Positions 50,670 through 55,665 of a stretch of DNA of 55,665 nt are shown here, one piece after another (position 1 is the stretch's first letter; each line of letters opens with the position of its first letter). The stretch lies in assembly GCA_023150835.1 (NCBI GenBank), contig JAKLKB010000031.1, forward strand, positions 1-55,665. Direction: 5' to 3'. The stretch comes from Myxococcota bacterium (GTDB lineage: Bacteria; Myxococcota_C; UBA6777). The translations under genes were made by a program, and so were the position numbers. The notes under the pieces were generated by a model. That model searched no databases, was not told where the DNA came from, and worked only from the letters and a program-made list of their open reading frames with translations.

Positions 50670-53600
50670 TTAGTTGCAGATCGCTTTGTAGGTGACGTCG
50701 ATGCGGGCCGCTTGGGGAGGTCGTGTACTTGAAGCGAACACGATCGAGTTAGAGGCCGCATCATAAACCCAGCCATTGTTGGGATCTTGGGGGACGATCG
50801 CGCCGTTGACCTTGACTTGGAGAGTGAGGGGTTCAGGACTACGGGAGAGGAAGAATTGTTCGAGCAGGCCAAACGAGATCGCCCCAAGGCGACTCAGCGT
50901 GGTGGCCCAATCGGACGAACAGATCGAGGCTTTTTCGCCCCGCAGCGCTGCTGCAAGATCCCAGTAACGTGGTGCGGATCGAGCGGAGATGCTGGTTCCA
51001 CTGGTGCGACAGCCGTTCGGTGGAGGCCCAACGACCGCCGAACCGCGCACAAGGTTGGCATTGCGAGCACCTTTGAGGTTTTGAAAGAAACTTAGATAAA
51101 ACCCGTAGCTTTTTGGCGATTGATCTTCTTCGTCCGAAACAAACACCAGCGACAGCGACGCATCATCCCGATAGAACAAGTGGTTGCACAAGGGGCTGTC
51201 TTTGACGGGTTGTGTAAGCGCCCGATAAGCGGCTTCCAGTCCTTGTTCGGAGCCGCTGCCGCGTGTTCCGACGTTGGCCATCTTTTGAAAGACTCCCGAT
51301 GGATCGGATGTTTTTGTGGTGATAAAGTGATGCTTTTGTTTTTTGTCATCTTCGACTTGTTGCAAACAGCCGGGTGTTCCGCTGCGTCCCGTCATGTCGG
51401 TGTGCGTGACACCGATGTGATAGTCCACATTCAAGCGGCTGGCCCAGTTGATAAAGCTGACAAAGTTTTGAGCGAGTTCTTGTTGTTCGCCGCGCATCGA
51501 GCAAGAGTTGTCGACGACAAAAAGGATATCGACGGAGGGTTGGTCTTTTTGTCGGAAGGTATCGGTTTGTGTATCTTCGGAAACGCCTGAACCTTCGAGG
51601 GGAACGGACATCGGGGATTGGGGAGTAAAGGAGTGGACGATCTCAAGGAAGTCGCGATCCAAGCCCACGTGCTCGGGGCGATAGCCCAAGGATATCTCGA
51701 TGGATTGGCCGACGGTGAGCGGAAAGCCGCTCGGTGGGATCGGGGGAGAAGTGCTTTTGATGCGGAATGCCTGTGTGGTCTGGCCGCCAAGTTGGACTTT
51801 TTGGAGGGTGATCCGTGAGGGACAGCCCGTTGCGCCGACGTGATACACATGCACCTTTTGATCACGCGCCGCACAAGTAAAGCGCGAAGGCCCGAAGTCT
51901 ACAAGGCGTGGGACCACTTCGAGGCAAGGCGAGCCAAACGCCCCGCGCAAGACAACTTGCACAAAAGCCGCCTCACCTTCGGGAGTATCAAGGCGCAAGA
52001 GGCCCTCATAATTGCTCGACTGGGTCGGTGCATAGCGAACAGGCAAAGACAGCACCTGACCGACAGGGACTTCGAGAGGAAGAGAGGGGGGCTGTGGCAA
52101 CGTAAAGGCGGTGTGTTTGGAAGGCACCGTCCCTTCGGTCTTTGCGCCGATCACGCGACAAGGCGAACGACCGATATTAAAGAAGGTGGCCGTCAGGATC
52201 TTGTCTTGGCCGCTTTGGACGATCTGAAAGTTGAGGGTTGTCGGGTTGGCGATCATCGCGCATTTTTCGGGGCGTGGGATCACGGGGATCAAGACGACTT
52301 CTTGGGCGGGTTTGTCAAAGTCGTTGCTGAGGATATCGGCGATATCGGGTGTAGCTTTGGGATCGATGGTGTGTTGCACGCGCATGGTTCGGCTGGCGTT
52401 TGGAAAGATCAGATCGCGAGTCGATGGGATATCCTGCAACGCGAAGACTTGTGTTTGTCGAAAGCGCAACGACACGCTTTTGATCTGGCAAGGCTCGTCG
52501 CCTTCGTTGCGCAAGGCGATGGGACGGGATTCGGCCTGCGTAAACTCGATCAGGGTGGGAGCGACCGCGAGCTTGCAGCCGATGGCAGCGGCTTCGACAT
52601 CAAGGCGGGCTTCGGGCTTCTCAAAGGCATCGCTCAAGACCACGAGTTGACCTTTGTCTTTGAGGTTGTCGGAGGGTTTGTAGAGGACTTCGACGGGGCG
52701 TTCTTGGTTGGGCGCAACCACGAAGGGCGCAAAAGGCAGCGCGAGGCCGAGGTCAGGGCTGGATTCGGAGGTCCACACCATGCCCGTCACACGCAAGGGC
52801 GCATTTCCCGTGTTGCGCACAAGAAATGTCTTGCGTTCTGTTTTCGAACAATCCAACCGTTCGTCGAGCAATTGGCAGTCGAGTGTTTGTGTACACGGCG
52901 GATACTGCGGGATCAGAGCGATATCGGGGGCGATGGTTTTCCCGCGCACAGCGATCTGCGCTTTTTCTTCGTCACTTTCGGCAGGCAAGTTGGTTTCGAG
53001 GATGTAGATCCCCTCATCGATATCTGGTGAAGCATCCGAAGGTTTGTAACGGATGCGGATCGTGACGCCCGATCCATCGGGTGGGATGCGCAAGGGAAGC
53101 TCGGGCGAAAGCCAAGCAAAGTCGCTTGGTGCGTTGCCCTCTTTGCGTTTATAAGAAAAGCCATTGAGCAAAAGCGGCGCAGTTCCGGCGTTTTTGACTT
53201 CGCAAGTGAGTTCTTTGGATTGGCCGAGGGGGACTTCGCCAAAGTCGAGGGCATCGCCACAATCAAACAAGGGGCCGAACTTTTCGCGTTCTGCGGGCAT
53301 CGGGACATAAAAATAGCCGTCTTCGTCCGTATTATCGGCACTGGGAGCAAAGAAGCGCATACGAGCGTTGTAGACACCGGGCCGACGGGCGCGAAAGCGC
53401 ACCGAAAAAGACACCGCGTGTTGGATGCCGGGCGCAAGCGTAAACGGTTTTTGCGAGGACGGAGACTGGAGGATCGCGTAGATCCCTTCGGGATCATCGA
53501 CGATTCCGAACGAGATCACATTCAAGGGTTGCGTGCCGTCGTTGTACAACAAAAAAGGGCGTGTTTGGATAAAGCGTTTGCCCTGCTCAAAGCGCAACAC

Positions 53601-53753
53601 GCGATCGGGTAGGTCGGTTTTGAGTTGACGAGGCCCGATCTCTGGGTCGGTTCGCAGCGATACACCGCACTGACAGCCCGAGAGGATATCTCCCCAAAAG
53701 CCGAGAAACAAAAAGACACCAACAAAAAACAACAAACGAACGCGGCATAGCAT
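50670..53753 (-). CDS. Exported (lipo)protein with multiple ASH/choice-of-anchor-D-like Ig domains and a C-terminal VWA domain
   Basis: Signal ending SGCQC, repeated DFG.V....N.G..PL.V Ig units, and a MIDAS-like DILFVVDNSCSM with SDEEDQS. Confidence 0.85.
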   Translation of the reverse strand: MLCRVRLLFFVGVFLFLGFWGDILSGCQCGVSLRTDPEIGPRQLKTDLPDRVLRFEQGKRFIQTRPFLLYNDGTQPLNVISFGIVDDPEGIYAILQSPSSQKPFTLAPGIQHAVSFSVRFRARRPGVYNARMRFFAPSADNTDEDGYFYVPMPAEREKFGPLFDCGDALDFGEVPLGQSKELTCEVKNAGTAPLLLNGFSYKRKEGNAPSDFAWLSPELPLRIPPDGSGVTIRIRYKPSDASPDIDEGIYILETNLPAESDEEKAQIAVRGKTIAPDIALIPQYPPCTQTLDCQLLDERLDCSKTERKTFLVRNTGNAPLRVTGMVWTSESSPDLGLALPFAPFVVAPNQERPVEVLYKPSDNLKDKGQLVVLSDAFEKPEARLDVEAAAIGCKLAVAPTLIEFTQAESRPIALRNEGDEPCQIKSVSLRFRQTQVFALQDIPSTRDLIFPNASRTMRVQHTIDPKATPDIADILSNDFDKPAQEVVLIPVIPRPEKCAMIANPTTLNFQIVQSGQDKILTATFFNIGRSPCRVIGAKTEGTVPSKHTAFTLPQPPSLPLEVPVGQVLSLPVRYAPTQSSNYEGLLRLDTPEGEAAFVQVVLRGAFGSPCLEVVPRLVDFGPSRFTCAARDQKVHVYHVGATGCPSRITLQKVQLGGQTTQAFRIKSTSPPIPPSGFPLTVGQSIEISLGYRPEHVGLDRDFLEIVHSFTPQSPMSVPLEGSGVSEDTQTDTFRQKDQPSVDILFVVDNSCSMRGEQQELAQNFVSFINWASRLNVDYHIGVTHTDMTGRSGTPGCLQQVEDDKKQKHHFITTKTSDPSGVFQKMANVGTRGSGSEQGLEAAYRALTQPVKDSPLCNHLFYRDDASLSLVFVSDEEDQSPKSYGFYLSFFQNLKGARNANLVRGSAVVGPPPNGCRTSGTSISARSAPRYWDLAAALRGEKASICSSDWATTLSRLGAISFGLLEQFFLSRSPEPLTLQVKVNGAIVPQDPNNGWVYDAASNSIVFASSTRPPQAARIDVTYKAICN

Positions 53754-53786
53754 GATTAGCCTCGCGTGGGGGGGAAGGAGGGCGGC

Positions 53787-55665
53787 TTATTGGCAGATGG
53801 CGCGATAAGAAACTTCGATACGGGTTCCTGTGTTGGGCCGTGCGCTTGAAGCAAAGAGGATGGAGTTGGAGGTTACGTCGTAGGTCCAACCGTTCGCGCT
53901 ACTTTGCGGGATCACGACGCCATCGACTTTGACTTGGATGGTTGGAGGTTCGGGGGTGCGGGAGAGGAAGAACTGATCGCGCAAGCCAAAGGATATCGCA
54001 CCGATGCGGTTGAGGGTATTGGACCAATCAGCGTCACAGATCGAGGCTTTTTCACCGCGCAGCGCGTCGGCAGTGCGCCAATAACGCCCGCCCAAAGTGG
54101 CGCGCCCTGTGCCGGGGTTGTTGCAGCCGTTGGGAGGTGGGCCAACGACCGCAGAAGCCCGAATCAAGTCGGCGTTTCGTGAGCCTTTGAGATTGCGAAA
54201 GAAGTTGAGATAGAAAGATTCGGACAACGGAGATTGATCTTCTTCGTCGGAGACAAAGACCAACGAAAGAGAGGCGGTATCACGATAAAAGCCTTGGTTG
54301 CAAGAGGGGTCGTCTTTGGTGGGTGCGGTTAAGGCTTTGTGGGCGGCTTCAAGCCCCCGCTCGATGGCGCTTCCGCGTGTTCCGACGTTGACCATTTTGT
54401 CGAATACACCGATGGGATCGTTGGTTGTCAACGAGATAAAGCGGTGTTCTGTGCCTGCGGTGTCTTTTATTTTGTGCAAGCATCCCGCTGGGTAGAGGCG
54501 ACCTGTGGTGTCGGTGGTGGCGACGCCGATGTGATAATCCACGCTCAAACGGATCGCCCAGTTGATGAAGGTGCGGAAGTTGTTTGCGAGGCTTTGTTGT
54601 TCTTCGCCCATCGAGCAAGAATCATCGACGACAAACAAGATATCTGCGGTGGGAGTCGAGTTTTGGTTGAAGATATCAGTTTGGTTGTCTTCGCGGATGC
54701 CCGTCCCTTCGAGCGGAACATAGGCAGGCGATTGGGAAGTAAAGGAATGGCGGATCTCAAGCGATCCGCGATCAAGTCCGAGATCTACGGGCTTATAACC
54801 GAGTGCGATCTGCATCGACTGTCCAGCCGCGAGGGCAACGCCAACACTTGGGATGGTCGGTTCGATCGACTTGATCGAGAACTCTGTGCTGGTTTGTGCG
54901 CTCAGTCGGACATCTTGAATGGTGATCAGCGAAGGACAAGAAGGCGCACCCACATGGAACACACGCACCTTTTGATCGCGGGCAGCACAAGTAAAACGCG
55001 GCGTCCCAAAGTCCACGACCTGAGGAACCACTTCCAGACAAGGCGAGCCAAACGCCCCTCGCAACGTCACTTGTGTGGTGCTGTTTTCTCCGTCGGGTGT
55101 GTCGAGGATCAATTTTCCTTCGTAGTTGCTTTGTTGTACAGGAGCATAACGGATATCAACAGAAAGTGGCCGGCCTTCGGGGATGACCAACGGAAGAACG
55201 ATTTCTTTGACCATCGTAAAGGCCGTATGTCCCGAGGGAGTCGTGCCAAGGATCTGCGAGGAAGTCACACGGCAAGGCGCACGACCGACGTTGAAGAAGG
55301 TGGCTGTCAGGATCTTGTCTTGGCCGGGTTGTACGATCTGGTAGTCCAAGATCTCGGGGTTAACGATGAGTGCGCATTTTTCGGGGCGTGGAATGAAGGG
55401 GATCAAGACGACTTCTTGGGCGGGTTTGTCAAAGTCGTTGCTGAGGATATCGGCGATATCGGGTGTAGCTTTGGGATCGACGGTGTGTTGCACACGCATG
55501 GTTCGACTGGCGTTTGGAAAGATCAGCTCGCGAGTCGATGGGATATCCTGCAACGCGAAGACTTGTGTTTGTCGAAAGCGCAACGACACGCTTTTGATCT
55601 GGCAAGGCTCATCGCCTTCGTTGCGCAAGGCGATGGGACGGGATTCGGCCTGCGTAAACTCGATC
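53787..55665 (-). CDS. Tandem paralogue of the Ig+VWA protein (5' part outside the window)
   Basis: Collinear with 50670-53753 and has DILFVVDDSCSM. Frame is open to the window end. Confidence 0.85.
   Translation of the reverse strand, partial: IEFTQAESRPIALRNEGDEPCQIKSVSLRFRQTQVFALQDIPSTRELIFPNASRTMRVQHTVDPKATPDIADILSNDFDKPAQEVVLIPFIPRPEKCALIVNPEILDYQIVQPGQDKILTATFFNVGRAPCRVTSSQILGTTPSGHTAFTMVKEIVLPLVIPEGRPLSVDIRYAPVQQSNYEGKLILDTPDGENSTTQVTLRGAFGSPCLEVVPQVVDFGTPRFTCAARDQKVRVFHVGAPSCPSLITIQDVRLSAQTSTEFSIKSIEPTIPSVGVALAAGQSMQIALGYKPVDLGLDRGSLEIRHSFTSQSPAYVPLEGTGIREDNQTDIFNQNSTPTADILFVVDDSCSMGEEQQSLANNFRTFINWAIRLSVDYHIGVATTDTTGRLYPAGCLHKIKDTAGTEHRFISLTTNDPIGVFDKMVNVGTRGSAIERGLEAAHKALTAPTKDDPSCNQGFYRDTASLSLVFVSDEEDQSPLSESFYLNFFRNLKGSRNADLIRASAVVGPPPNGCNNPGTGRATLGGRYWRTADALRGEKASICDADWSNTLNRIGAISFGLRDQFFLSRTPEPPTIQVKVDGVVIPQSSANGWTYDVTSNSILFASSARPNTGTRIEVSYRAICQ

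Noticed and set aside
52258-55665. DGR template/variable repeat pair
   Set aside because: The differences are not adenine-specific, both copies are internal to coding paralogues, and no reverse transcriptase is present.

Overview
55.7 kb of a moderately GC-rich bacterial chromosome, most likely from a Myxococcota-type deltaproteobacterium. This is inferred from a MYXO-CTERM-like surface protein, an AglZ/FrzS-like pseudo-receiver coiled-coil protein, two eukaryotic-like Ser/Thr kinases and several Cys-rich lipoproteins. The coding content is mostly housekeeping and accessory: an SDR-SCP2 fusion with an SCP2-type thiolase, TerC, S9, M20, M48 and SprT-like peptidases, two DEAD-box helicases, clpS-clpA, yceD-rpmF, trxB, moaC, tRNA-Val(CAC), two tandem Ig+VWA paralogues and several orphans. 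I found no transposase, integrase, cas, phage or defence gene. The most unusual content is non-coding. (1) A 108-122 bp miniature element family ('MITE-A', 6 full copies plus fragments) combines terminal inverted repeats and 3-bp target duplications with an internal GTAG-REP hairpin. It often sits on stop codons, and one copy is inserted in frame (41 aa) in the S9 peptidase. (2) Further nested or stacked TIR and hairpin elements. (3) A CRISPR-like triple 37-bp repeat copied from the last codons of a Sel1 gene. (4) An apparent sawtooth C/G strand skew that ignores gene orientation. (5) A 97%-identical tract shared by the two VWA paralogues. All calls come from reading motifs by eye; no database searches were run.
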